A stretch of DNA of 64,000 bases. Origin: Planctomycetota bacterium (lineage in GTDB: Bacteria > Planctomycetota > UBA1135 > UBA2386). The notes below the pieces were generated by a model that ran no database searches, was not told the origin of the DNA, and saw only the letters and a program-made list of their open reading frames with translations. The position numbers and the translations under genes were made by a program. Shown here piece after piece: positions 10,968 to 20,833 of this stretch (the first letter of the stretch is position 1; each line of letters opens with the position of its first letter). The stretch covers positions 6,080,001 through 6,144,000 of the forward strand of contig OZ245006.1 of NCBI GenBank assembly GCA_965223545.1. Reading direction: 5' to 3'.

Positions 10968-11036
10968 GCCGCTGCCGGCCGGGGCCGGGAGCCGCCCGGC
11001 CGGTCGCCCACCGCGGGCCTGATCACGCGGCCCTGG

Positions 11037-12560
11037 TCAGTCGCCGAACTGGATGCCCTGCGCCAGCGGCAGCTCGGTGCCCCAGTTGATGGTGTTGGTC
11101 TGGCGGCGCATGTAGGCCTTCCACGAGTCCGAGCCGGACTCGCGGCCGCCGCCGGTGTCCTTCTCGCCGCCGAACGCGCCGCCGATCTCCGCGCCCGAGG
11201 TGCCGATGTTGACGTTGGCAATGCCGCAGTCGGAGCCCACCGGCGACAGGAAGCGCTCGGCGTGCCGCACGTTGAGGGTGAAGATCGCCGAGCTCAGCCC
11301 CTGCGGGACGTCGTTCTGGATCGCGATCGCCTCCTCGACGTCGTCGATCGGCACCAGGTAGAGGACGGGCGCGAAGGTCTCCTCGCGCAGGATCGGCATC
11401 TCGCGGTGGGCGCGGATGATGGTCGGCTCGACCCAATTGCCGCCCGCCAGAGCTCCGGTCATCTCGCGCTCGGTGCCGCCGCACAGCACTTGGCCGCCCT
11501 GTTCGACGGCCTGACCGATGGCCTGCATCATGCTGCCGATCGCGTTGGGGTCGATCAGCGGTCCCATCAGCGTGCCCGCGTCCAGCGGGTCGCCGATCGC
11601 CACCGTGCCGTAGGCGCGGACCAGGCGGTCCTGCAGGTCGTCGATGACGTCGCGGTGGGCGAGCACGCGCCGCGTGCTGGTGCAGCGCTGGCCGGCGGTG
11701 CCGACCGCGCCGAACAGGATCGCCCGCGTGGCCATCTCGAGATCGGCGTCCTCCATCACGATGAGCGCGTTGTTGCCGCCGAGCTCGAGGATGCAGCGGC
11801 CGAGGCGGGCGCCGACGCGGGCGGCGACTTGCTGGCCCATGCGCACCGAGCCCGTCGCGCTGATCACCGGCAGCCGGCGATCGTCCACCAGCGTGGTGCC
11901 CACCGGATCGGTCGGGCCGCACAGCAGGCTGACCAGCGCGCCGAAGCCATCGGGCTCGAGCACCTTGGCGGCCACCTTGGTCATCGCGATCGCGGTCAGC
12001 GGCGCCTTCGGCGATGGCTTCCAGACGTTGGAGTTGCCGCAGACCAAGGAGATCATCGAGTTCCACGCCCAGACCGCCGCCGGGAAGTTGAAGGCGGTGA
12101 TCACGCCGATCGGGCCGATCGGGTGCCAGGTCTCGCGCATCGCGTGCGATGGCCGCTCGGAGGGCATGGTCAGGCCGTACAGCTGGCGCGACAGGCCGAC
12201 CGCGAAGTCGGCGATGTCGATGCACTCCTGCACCTCGCCGAGCCCCTCCTGCAGGATCTTGCCGCTCTCGACCGACACCAGGTGGCCGAGCGCGTCCTTG
12301 TGCTCGCGCATCGCGAGACCGATCTTGCGCACGTACTCGCCGCGCACCGGCGCCGGCACTTCGCGCCAGCGCTTGAAGGCATCGTGCGCCTTGGCGATCG
12401 TCGCCATGTAGTCGGTCATCGCGGCTTCGCGCACGGTGGCGATGGTCTCGCCGGTGGCGGGCGACAGCGACGCGAGGGGCTCGCCGTCGGCGGCGCGCCA
12501 GGTGCCGTCATAGGCGCCGCTGTTCTCTGCTTTCAATCCGAGTTCGCGTAGGAAGTCCAT
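11037..12560 (-). CDS. Aldehyde dehydrogenase, family 7 (antiquitin/piperideine-6-carboxylate dehydrogenase-like)
   Basis: ITAFNFP, LELGGNNA, GTAGQRCT, EETFAP and GAEIGGAFGGEKDTGGGRESGSDSWKAY motifs. Confidence 0.92.
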   Translation of the reverse strand: MDFLRELGLKAENSGAYDGTWRAADGEPLASLSPATGETIATVREAAMTDYMATIAKAHDAFKRWREVPAPVRGEYVRKIGLAMREHKDALGHLVSVESGKILQEGLGEVQECIDIADFAVGLSRQLYGLTMPSERPSHAMRETWHPIGPIGVITAFNFPAAVWAWNSMISLVCGNSNVWKPSPKAPLTAIAMTKVAAKVLEPDGFGALVSLLCGPTDPVGTTLVDDRRLPVISATGSVRMGQQVAARVGARLGRCILELGGNNALIVMEDADLEMATRAILFGAVGTAGQRCTSTRRVLAHRDVIDDLQDRLVRAYGTVAIGDPLDAGTLMGPLIDPNAIGSMMQAIGQAVEQGGQVLCGGTEREMTGALAGGNWVEPTIIRAHREMPILREETFAPVLYLVPIDDVEEAIAIQNDVPQGLSSAIFTLNVRHAERFLSPVGSDCGIANVNIGTSGAEIGGAFGGEKDTGGGRESGSDSWKAYMRRQTNTINWGTELPLAQGIQFGD

Positions 12561-12691
12561 CGTCTATGGCAATCGAGGGGGCTGGCGTTCGAAGAGGTCC
12601 GGGGGGCCGGGGCCCAATGGCCCCCCAACGGTAGGGGAGGCGGGGATCGGGAAAAAGCCGACGCTTGCGCGACCAGCTCCAGCGGCGTCCG

Positions 12692-13165
12692 TCAGGCCGC
12701 ACCGTCGCGCGTGCTCTCGCCGCGCCGCCGCGCCGCCTCGTGCTCGTCGCCCGGCACCCGCTGGCCGCGCAGCGCGGCGCGCAGCTCGGCGACCTCGTCC
12801 TGCAGCAGCGTGACCTGGCGGGCCAGGGCCTTGCTGCGAAACGCCAGCCGGGACAGGCGCAGCGACACCAGCAGCGACACCGCCATCAAGAACACCAGTG
12901 CGCCGAAGAACAGCGCCGAGGTCGGCAGCTTGGCGCCGATCGCGCCGGCAAACCAAGACAGCAGCCGCGGCTGCAGCGCGAGTGCCAGCAGGATGACGCC
13001 GGTGCCGATCCACAGCACCGAGTACTCCTCCCGCAGCTTGCGGCGCCGGACGAGCTCGACGACGACGACCAGCATGGTGACCGCGACGCCGATCGCCATC
13101 ACCTGCTGGTGCGTGGTCAGGGTGCTGCCCGACGCCGTCGCCTGCTGGGCGAGGGTGCCGATCAT
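12692..13165 (-). CDS. DUF2304-family small membrane protein
   Basis: ELVRRRKLREEYSVLW, three TM helices and a C-terminal coiled coil (KALARQVTLL); ATG overlaps the GT2 stop. Confidence 0.8.
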   Translation of the reverse strand: MIGTLAQQATASGSTLTTHQQVMAIGVAVTMLVVVVELVRRRKLREEYSVLWIGTGVILLALALQPRLLSWFAGAIGAKLPTSALFFGALVFLMAVSLLVSLRLSRLAFRSKALARQVTLLQDEVAELRAALRGQRVPGDEHEAARRRGESTRDGAA

Positions 13166-13905
13166 GCCGGGCTCCTGGCGACGGTCGCGCGGCGCTCCGC
13201 GCGGTACGGCGACCGGCGGCGGACGGGGAGCAGGCACAGCGTGAGCACCATCTTGTAGGCGTAGTACGCGGCGCGCCCGCCGCGGTGCATGCTGACGCCC
13301 CCGCTGCGCTCCCGCATCTGCACCGGCGCCTCGCCCAGCCGCAGGCCGGCGCGGGCGACGATGATCAGCACGTCGGCGTCGGGGTAGTCCTCCGGAAAGC
13401 CGTGGTGGGCGAGCTCGCCGACGGCGGCGGCGTTCATCGCCTGAAAGCCGGACGTCGGGTCGGTGATCGTGGTCCGCGTCCACCACGTCACGATGCGGGC
13501 GAACAGGCTGGCGCCGAGCCGCCGCGCAAGGCTGGTCGGTGGTGGATCGCCGCCGAGGTAGCGCGAGCCGACGACCAAGTCGGCGCCGCTGTCCAGGCCG
13601 CGCAGCAGCACGGCGATGTCGCGGGGGTCGTGCTGACCGTCCGCGTCGAGCTGGACCACGCGCTGGTAGGCGCGCTGCTTGGCGTAGATGTAGCCGGTCA
13701 ACAGCGCCGAGCCGTAGCCGAGGTTGATGCCGTGCCGCAGCACTTTGGCGCCGCGCTGCCGCGCTTCCGCGGCGGTGTCGTCACTGCTGGCGTCGTCGAT
13801 GACGACCACGTCGGCATCGACGGGGGCCCTGGCGATGGCGTCGAGCACGGGACCGATCCGGCCGCGCTCGTTATAGGCGGGAATGATGATGAGGATCGGC
13901 GCCAA
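13162..13905 (-). CDS. Glycosyltransferase family 2 (polyprenol-phosphate glycosyltransferase/DPM1-like)
   Basis: IIIPAYNE, IDDASSDDT, DADGQH, VVGSR and DPTSGF motifs. Start set at TTG 13905 (approximate). Confidence 0.88.
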   Translation of the reverse strand: MAPILIIIPAYNERGRIGPVLDAIARAPVDADVVVIDDASSDDTAAEARQRGAKVLRHGINLGYGSALLTGYIYAKQRAYQRVVQLDADGQHDPRDIAVLLRGLDSGADLVVGSRYLGGDPPPTSLARRLGASLFARIVTWWTRTTITDPTSGFQAMNAAAVGELAHHGFPEDYPDADVLIIVARAGLRLGEAPVQMRERSGGVSMHRGGRAAYYAYKMVLTLCLLPVRRRSPYRAERRATVARSPA

Positions 13906-14171
13906 GCGTGGTGGGAAGTTCGGGGGATTGTGGCCGGCGGCTCCGGGGCGCTGGCCATCGGCATTGGAGCAAAGGATCGCGGCGGCGGCGGAGAGCGTCC
14001 AGAAAAAGCTGCCTCCGCTCGGTCGTCCGTAGCGCCCCTCTGCCCTTTTTGCCGGTTGCCGGATAGCGTGGTCGCCCCCCCGCGGTCCCGACGATGCCCG
14101 TTCGGGGGGAGCGGTGGCCGTTTGTGCCAAGCACCGCGCCACTTTCCATCGATCTGCCTATGAGGCCTCGC

Positions 14172-15215
14172 ATGAATGCTGCCCGCCTTTCGTTCCTTTC
14201 GACGTTGACCCTCGCCGCCCTCGGCATGGCGCAAGACCCCTTCGCGCCCGCTGCCGAGATGAAGAAGCTCGAGCCGCTGCTCGGCACCTGGGAGGGCACC
14301 GGCACCGTCGTGCCCGAGCCCGGCATGCCGGAGATGCCGTGGACGTCCAAGCACTCCTATGCCCTGGCACTCAATGGCCACTTCGTCCGCGAGGACGTGG
14401 TGATCGAGTTCGGGCCGATGATGCCCGACCCGCTGCAGATGACCACCTACATCGGCTGGGACCGCGAGAATGGCCGCTACGTCACCTGCTCGGCGACCAA
14501 CATGGGCATGGTCGACGTCAACGAGCTGCACTTGATGGGCAACCAGATGGTGCAGGTCGTCGCCGGCGTGGAGAACGGCGTCCCGACGCTCGACCGCTGG
14601 GTGACGGAGTTGGGCGATGGCGTGCAGACGTTCGAAGCGCTGCGCTGCGTCGGCAGTGGCGAGCCGTTCGTGCACCTCACCGGAGAGGTCAAGCGCACCA
14701 GCGAGCAGCCCAACGACATCGCCTGGGCGGATGCCGCCTTCATGTTGCAGCACGACATCAGCCCGATGCAGCACCTGGAGAAGATGGCGGGCACCTACAA
14801 GGTCGCGGGCAACATGATCCCCGCGCCCGGCGCGCCGCCGATGGACATCTCGGCCACCGAGACCGTGGCGATGTGGTTTGGCGGCACCGTCGCTCACATG
14901 CAGACCGCGGGCGATCCGATCGAGGGGATGCCCGGTACCTACGAGGGGGTCAGCTTCATCGGTTGGAACCCGCACAAGGGCCACTTCACCTCGTTCGGCC
15001 TGTCCAACATGGGAGAGGTGCACGCCGGCAAGGGCTGGTGGAGCGACCAGGGCTACGTCACCAACTTCACCGGCATGATGATGGGGCAACCCGCGGTGAT
15101 GCAGGGCGTGGTGCAGGTCGATGACGCCGGTGCCATCACCGGCGTGGTCATGCACCAGGCCGCGGGTGGTGCCGCGCCGGTGACCGCGTTCCAGGCCGGG
15201 TACACCAAGCAATAG
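14172..15215 (+). CDS. Secreted protein with two tandem DUF1579-like domains
   Basis: Signal peptide, then two similar units (MKKLEPLLGTW...IGWD...NMG and MQHLEKMAGTY...IGWN...NMG). Strong coding-type codon bias. Confidence 0.7.
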   Translation: MNAARLSFLSTLTLAALGMAQDPFAPAAEMKKLEPLLGTWEGTGTVVPEPGMPEMPWTSKHSYALALNGHFVREDVVIEFGPMMPDPLQMTTYIGWDRENGRYVTCSATNMGMVDVNELHLMGNQMVQVVAGVENGVPTLDRWVTELGDGVQTFEALRCVGSGEPFVHLTGEVKRTSEQPNDIAWADAAFMLQHDISPMQHLEKMAGTYKVAGNMIPAPGAPPMDISATETVAMWFGGTVAHMQTAGDPIEGMPGTYEGVSFIGWNPHKGHFTSFGLSNMGEVHAGKGWWSDQGYVTNFTGMMMGQPAVMQGVVQVDDAGAITGVVMHQAAGGAAPVTAFQAGYTKQ

Positions 15216-15240
15216 GGCGCACCAAGCAATAGGGCGCACC
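15203..15240. repeat. 17-bp tandem duplication CACCAAGCAATAGGGCG (2 copies plus CACC)
   Basis: Exact copies at 15203-15219 and 15220-15236, spanning the upstream gene's stop codon. Confidence 0.9.
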
Positions 15241-15258
15241 GAGCAGCTGCCGGGGCGG

Positions 15259-16620
15259 TCAGCCCTGCGGCGGCGGATACGACTGGATCGGCCGCCGCTG
15301 GCAGATCGCCGCGATCCGGCGCTCGGCGTCTTGCTGCACGGCCGGGTCGATGCGGTACTCGCGGTCGGAGTCTTGCGTCGTGCCCGCCAGGATGTCGTGG
15401 ATGATGTCCACGCACTCCACCATGTCCGCCGGCTCCATGTGGCGGATCGCCAAGCCGTTGGTGCCGAGGCGAATGCCCGAGGTCACCGACGGTGGGCGGG
15501 TGTCGTAGGGGATGCGGTTCTTGTTGACGACGATGCCGCAGTCTTCGATCGCCTTCTCCGCGTTCACCCCGGTGATGCCCTTCTGCGCGACGTCGACGAC
15601 GACGATGTGGTTGTCGGTGCCACCGGTGATGACGCGGTAGCCCTTGTCCTGAAACGCCGTGGCCAGGGCGCGGGCCAGATCGACGACGCGCTGGGCCACG
15701 CCGCGAAACTCGGGGCTCTGCACGTAGGCGAGACCGCGCGCCTTGGACGCCACCGCGGACTGGTTGGGCGCGCCCTGGAAGAACGGGAACACCTTCTTGT
15801 CGATCATCTGCCCCAACGTCCACTTGCCGTCCGGCGTCTTCTTGTCGTAGTCGACGCCGCACATGACGAGACCGCCGCGGCCGCCGTACAGCTGTTTGTG
15901 CGTGCAGGTCGTGGTGAAGTGCGCGTGGTCGATCGGGTTGGGGTGCAGGCCGGCGGCGACCAGGCCGGCGATGTGGGTGATGTCGGCGAGCACGAAGGCG
16001 CCGACCTCGTCGGCGATCGCGCGAAACCGCGCCCAGTCGATCTGCCGCGAGTACGCCGTCGTGCCGCAGATGATGAGCTTCGGTTTGTGCTCGCGCGCCA
16101 GCGCCTCCATCCGCTCGTAGTCGATGCGCTCATCGGGGGTGAGGCCGTAGCCGATCGCGCGGAACACCTGTCCCGAGATCGACGCCTTGGAGCCGTGCGT
16201 GAGGTGCCCGCCAGAGTCCAGGTCCATGCCCAGCAGGGTGTCGCCGGGGCTCATGGTGCCGAACATCACCACCTCGTTGGCGGACGTCGCCGACATCACT
16301 TGCACGTTGGCGTAGCGCGCGCCGAATGCGCTCTTGGCGCGCTCGATCGCCAAGGACTCGATCTTGTCGATGTACTTGCAGCCGGCGTGGAAGCGCGCGC
16401 CGGGGTAGCCCTCGGCGGTGACGTTCATCGTCGGCATCGCCTCACAGATCAGGGCCGATGGGTCGGCGATGCTGGACGACGCCACCATGGTGAGCACGTT
16501 GGCTTGCCGGCGGTACTCGTCGTCGAGCAGGCGAAAGAGCTCGGGGTCGGCCTGCCGCAGCTTGTCGACGCCGGTGGCGACGAAGCGCGTCAAATTGTCC
16601 GCGGCGGTGGTGGGGTCCAT
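15259..16620 (-). CDS. Divergent serine hydroxymethyltransferase-family PLP enzyme in the NRPS operon
   Basis: EGYPGARFHAGC, GGHLTHG, TTCTHKQLYGGRGG (PLP Lys), GGTDNH and SGIRLGT motifs. Several residues differ from housekeeping GlyA. Confidence 0.88.
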   Translation of the reverse strand: MDPTTAADNLTRFVATGVDKLRQADPELFRLLDDEYRRQANVLTMVASSSIADPSALICEAMPTMNVTAEGYPGARFHAGCKYIDKIESLAIERAKSAFGARYANVQVMSATSANEVVMFGTMSPGDTLLGMDLDSGGHLTHGSKASISGQVFRAIGYGLTPDERIDYERMEALAREHKPKLIICGTTAYSRQIDWARFRAIADEVGAFVLADITHIAGLVAAGLHPNPIDHAHFTTTCTHKQLYGGRGGLVMCGVDYDKKTPDGKWTLGQMIDKKVFPFFQGAPNQSAVASKARGLAYVQSPEFRGVAQRVVDLARALATAFQDKGYRVITGGTDNHIVVVDVAQKGITGVNAEKAIEDCGIVVNKNRIPYDTRPPSVTSGIRLGTNGLAIRHMEPADMVECVDIIHDILAGTTQDSDREYRIDPAVQQDAERRIAAICQRRPIQSYPPPQG

Positions 16621-16650
16621 CGTGGGGTCACTCCTCAGTGGCTTGGATAT

Positions 16651-19600
16651 TCAGGCGTCGTTGCCGATGCGGCTCTGCACCTCGTCGTCGGACAGCGCTT
16701 CGATCGCGGCGAGCATCTCGCAGATCTCACCGGCGTCGACTCCGGCCTCGCGGCCGCGGTGCTCGATGAGCGTCGACAGCGCCGCCACCGTGCGCGATTC
16801 GAAGATGTCCGGCAAGGCGATTTCGAACGGGAAGATCTCGCCCAGCCGCGCTTGGATCTGCACTGCCAGCAGCGAGTGGCCGCCGAGGTCCAAGAACGCG
16901 TCGTGGATGCCGACGCGGTCGAGGCCGAGCACGTCGGTCCACACACCGGCCACGACTTCCTGCACCGGGGTCTCCGGCGCCGCGTACGGCGACTCCATGT
17001 CGGGGCGCGAGGTGTCGGGTTCCGGCAGTGCCTTGCGGTCGACCTTGCCGTTGGGCGACAGCGGCAGCTGCTCCATCGGCACGTAAATCGCGGGCACCAT
17101 GTAATCGGGCAGCTGGCTGCCGAGCGCCCGCCGCAGGGTCGGGCCGAGCTGGCGCGCCAGCTTGCCCATCATCGGGTTGTTGGCGAAGTCGGCGGCGGTG
17201 GCTGCCGGGTCGACGGCGAGGCCGGCGCCGTCGGCGAACAGCACGTCGGCCGGCGCATCGCCGGCGCGGTGGAACGCGACGTCGAAGCCGCCCTGATCCA
17301 GCTCCGCCGCAAAGCGCACGTCGCACCGGTAGCCGAGCTCGTCGGCGAGCTGCCACATGGCCTCGGGGTCCAGCGCGGGCGGGGTGTTCGCGTCGATGGC
17401 GGCGCGCAGCGCGCCGGCGGTCGGTGGGCAGTCGGCGGCGGCCAGTGCTTGCACGATGCGCACATCGCGCTCGACCCGGGCGTTGCGCACGCCGCGCAGG
17501 ATCAGTAGCTCGGGCGCGTCGCCTTCGAGCTCGGCGCGCAGCGCCGCGACGTCGGTGCGCTCGTCCCAACGGCGCTCGACCGGTGTCGCGGCCGAGGTCT
17601 TCGCGACGTCGCCGATGTGCAGAGTCACGTCGTAGCGGAACTTGTTGAGCTCGTTGTGGAAGTCGCCGCGCTTGAGCTGGATCTGCACGAACCCGATCTC
17701 CGGCAGCTGCGTCTGCAGCCACGCGAAGAAGCGTGGGTCGATGACCAGCTCCTCTTCCTGTCGGATCAGCCGCTGGACCCGGGCGCGCAGCGTGTCGCAG
17801 GTGGCGTCGTCCGCCGCCTGGAACAGCTGCACCGAGCTCTGGTACGCGGTCAGCATCGGCAGACCGCGGACGTCGCCGACGAAGATCACGCCGCCCGGGC
17901 GCACTGCCTTGGCCGAGCCGCGCAGCACGTCCATCAGGTAGTCCATGCTCGGGAAGTCGAGCACGATCGAGTTGAGCACCACCGCGTCGAGACTGTCTTC
18001 GGCGATGCCCTCGAAGTTGTCGGCCCAGCGCCGGTCGAGGTGGACCTGCTCGAGCGCGCGCTGCTGCGCGTGGCGGTGGACGTAGTCGAGGGCCACCGTC
18101 GAGAAGTCGGTGCCCATGTAGTGCGAGCAGTGCGGCGCGATGCGGAACAGCAACAGCCCCATGCCGCAGCCGATCTCCAGCACGCGGTCGGGCGCGCGCG
18201 CCCGGATCCGTTCGACCGTCTGCTCGACCCACACCCGCATCTCGGCTTCCGGGATCGGCTGGTTGGTGTAGGACGAGTCCCAGCTGACGATGTTGAACGT
18301 CGGGTCGTCGCCGCCGTCGACGTTGGCGCTGTAGGCGTGGTCGTACACCGCCTGCCACTGCTCGACCTGCTCGTTGCTGAGCTCGTCGGCATCGCCCTCG
18401 GGACCGCGCCAGTCGGGGTCTTGCACGACGTAGGCGACCAGCCGCTTCTCGCCGGCGGCGTCGGTCTTGGTCACGACCACACCTTCGCGCACCGCCTCGT
18501 GGTCGCGCAGCCGCGCCTCGATCTCACCGAGCTCGATGCGGTAACCGCGGATCTTGACCTGGTTGTCCATCCGGCCGAGCAGCTCGAGGTTGCCGTCGGG
18601 CATCCACCGCGCCAGGTCGCCGGTGCGGTACATCCGCGCGCCCTCGGCCTTGGCGAACGGGTCGGTCAGAAAGCGCTCGGCGGTGAGCTCGGGCCGCTGG
18701 AAGTAGCCCTCGCCGACGCCGATCCCGCCGAGGAACAGTTCGCCCGGCACGCCCACCGGCAGCGGCTGCAAGTGGACGGGGTCGAGCACGTAGGCCAGCT
18801 GGTTGGCCATCGGCTCGCCGTAGGGAATGCTGTGCCACGCCGGGTCGACCGCACCGATCTCGTAGATGGTCGAGTCCATCGAGCACTCGGTGGCTCCGCC
18901 CATGCTGATCACCCGGCACTCGGGCAGCAGGGCGCGCAGCCGGTCCGGTAGGGTCACCGGAATCCAGTCGCCGCCGAGCAGCACCAACCGCAGGCTCTGC
19001 GGCACTTGGTCGGTGTGCACCTCGAGGTGGTCGACCAGCATCTTCAGCATCGCCGGTGCGGTGTGCCAGACCGTGACGCCGCGGGCGCTCATCAGCGCGG
19101 CCCAGTGCGGTGGATCCTGCAGCTTGTCGGGGTCCGGCAGCGCGATGGTGGCGCCGGCCGCCAGGATGCCGAACACGTCGTAGGCGCACATGTCGAACGA
19201 CAGCGACGCCAGGGCGATCAGCGCGTCGCCGGGTCCGACGTGGAAGCGGCGGTTGAAGTCGAGGAAGTTGTTGACCCGGCCGCGGTGGTTGAGGACCACG
19301 CCCTTGGGCGCACCGGTCGAGCCCGAGGTGTAGATGACGTACGCCAGATTGGTGCTGCGCACGCCGGCGTCGGGCGGCGTCGCCGGTTGGTCGGCCGCGG
19401 TGGCCGGGTCGTCGACGAACACCAGGCGGGCGTCGGTCGCCGGCATGGTGTCGGCGAGGTGGCGCTGGGTCAGTACCACGCCGACCTTGGAGTCGTCGAC
19501 CATGTAGGTCAGCCGCTCGCGGGGGTAGGCCGGATCCATCGGCAGGTAGGCGCCGCCGGCCTTGGCGATCGCCAGCAGGCCGACGACCATCTCCAACGAC

Positions 19601-20469
19601 CGCTCCACCGAGATGCCGACCATTTGGTCGAGCTGCACGCCGAGCCCGCGCAGGTGGTGGGCGAGTCGGTTCGCGCGGGCATCCAGCTCGGCGTAGCTCA
19701 GCGTCGCGTCGCGAAACGCGCAGGCGATCGCGTCGGGTTGGGCCGCGACCTGCTGCTCGAACAGACCGTGCAGGGTGGCGTCGCGCGGAAAGTCGATCGC
19801 CTTGTCGTTCCAGCCGTACAGGATCTGCTGGCGCTCGGTGTCGGTGAGCAGGGGGAGCAGGCCGACGGCGGTGTCGGGGGACGCGGCGACGCCGCCGAGC
19901 AGGGTGGCGAGGTGGCCGGCGGTGCGGGCGATGGTGTCGTCGTCGAACCGCTCCGCGTCGTAGTCGAACGCGCAGCCGTGCGCGTCGAACCCGAGGACGA
20001 GCTCGGTCGTCGCCGCCGCGCCCGAGCCATCGGTGTCGGCGCGACACGCGACCTGGAACAAGCACGCGTCGGGCTCGCCGATCGCGCGGGCGATCTGCGC
20101 GAGGGGCAGCGTGTGCTCACGCGCCGCCGCCATTTGCGCGCGCACGTGCGCGACGATCGCGGCGAACGTCGCGTTGCCATCGATCGACAGCCGCAACGGC
20201 ATCGGCCCCGTCGGCTGCAGCACGCCGATCACCAAGTCGGTCTGTCGGGTGACGCGGTGCAGCAGCACGGCGCAGGCGGCGACCTGCGCGGCGGGCTCGT
20301 CGCCGACCACGCCGCGGGCCGAGGCGTCGAGCGGGTGGTGGGCGTGCGCGGCGCGGGGGGGGTGGTCGGCGGCGCGCGTGCGCAGAGTTGGCAGCTCGAG
20401 CGCCGGTGGGCGTTCGCTGAGCGCGTCGCGCCAGTAGGACGGGGCGTCGGGAGCGTTGGCCTGTGACAT
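16651..20469 (-). CDS. NRPS: truncated C remnant - A (interrupted by a methyltransferase) - T
   Basis: YTSGSTGAPKG, YRTGD and QVKIRGYRIELGEIE; inserted MT (VLEIGCGMG, VVLNS); NGKVDR; T domain LGGHSL. Start at ATG 20469. Confidence 0.93.
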   Translation of the reverse strand: MSQANAPDAPSYWRDALSERPPALELPTLRTRAADHPPRAAHAHHPLDASARGVVGDEPAAQVAACAVLLHRVTRQTDLVIGVLQPTGPMPLRLSIDGNATFAAIVAHVRAQMAAAREHTLPLAQIARAIGEPDACLFQVACRADTDGSGAAATTELVLGFDAHGCAFDYDAERFDDDTIARTAGHLATLLGGVAASPDTAVGLLPLLTDTERQQILYGWNDKAIDFPRDATLHGLFEQQVAAQPDAIACAFRDATLSYAELDARANRLAHHLRGLGVQLDQMVGISVERSLEMVVGLLAIAKAGGAYLPMDPAYPRERLTYMVDDSKVGVVLTQRHLADTMPATDARLVFVDDPATAADQPATPPDAGVRSTNLAYVIYTSGSTGAPKGVVLNHRGRVNNFLDFNRRFHVGPGDALIALASLSFDMCAYDVFGILAAGATIALPDPDKLQDPPHWAALMSARGVTVWHTAPAMLKMLVDHLEVHTDQVPQSLRLVLLGGDWIPVTLPDRLRALLPECRVISMGGATECSMDSTIYEIGAVDPAWHSIPYGEPMANQLAYVLDPVHLQPLPVGVPGELFLGGIGVGEGYFQRPELTAERFLTDPFAKAEGARMYRTGDLARWMPDGNLELLGRMDNQVKIRGYRIELGEIEARLRDHEAVREGVVVTKTDAAGEKRLVAYVVQDPDWRGPEGDADELSNEQVEQWQAVYDHAYSANVDGGDDPTFNIVSWDSSYTNQPIPEAEMRVWVEQTVERIRARAPDRVLEIGCGMGLLLFRIAPHCSHYMGTDFSTVALDYVHRHAQQRALEQVHLDRRWADNFEGIAEDSLDAVVLNSIVLDFPSMDYLMDVLRGSAKAVRPGGVIFVGDVRGLPMLTAYQSSVQLFQAADDATCDTLRARVQRLIRQEEELVIDPRFFAWLQTQLPEIGFVQIQLKRGDFHNELNKFRYDVTLHIGDVAKTSAATPVERRWDERTDVAALRAELEGDAPELLILRGVRNARVERDVRIVQALAAADCPPTAGALRAAIDANTPPALDPEAMWQLADELGYRCDVRFAAELDQGGFDVAFHRAGDAPADVLFADGAGLAVDPAATAADFANNPMMGKLARQLGPTLRRALGSQLPDYMVPAIYVPMEQLPLSPNGKVDRKALPEPDTSRPDMESPYAAPETPVQEVVAGVWTDVLGLDRVGIHDAFLDLGGHSLLAVQIQARLGEIFPFEIALPDIFESRTVAALSTLIEHRGREAGVDAGEICEMLAAIEALSDDEVQSRIGNDA

Positions 20470-20833
20470 CGGCGGTTGCGGCCGGCCGCATCCGGAACGG
20501 GCCCGAGCGACCGGGGGAGGAGGGCGAGGTGGAGGGATGACGAGACCGGCTGCGGGACCCGACCCGGGTCTGCTCGATGGTCGCAAATTCACTCTAGCTC
20601 GCGTTTTGGGGGCGTGCAAGGCGAGTGGATCCACACCCTTTCCACGGCCGCGGCCGCCGGGTCGAGGCCTCGACCCGCGGGCGCGCGGCGTTGTATTCTT
20701 CCCCGTTCTCCACAGGCCGGTCGGCAGGGCTGGCAGCGGTGCTCGGGGTCCGACGCACCGCGCGCCGAACTTGCCGCATTTCGCTGTCGCCACCGGCGTT
20801 GCAACGCCCGCCGGACGGGGAGCTCAACGACCC

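Noticed and set aside
9759..12551. 930-aa plus-strand ORF
   Set aside because: Antisense shadow of the ABC, GntR and ALDH genes in high-GC DNA; no motifs.
15259..16620. Housekeeping glyA assignment
   Set aside because: Altered active-site motifs and co-transcription with an NRPS; gene symbol withheld.
20470..20833. Long N-terminal extensions of the NRPS and dioxygenase ORFs in the track
   Set aside because: They overlap head-to-head with low-complexity translations; more plausibly a divergent promoter region.
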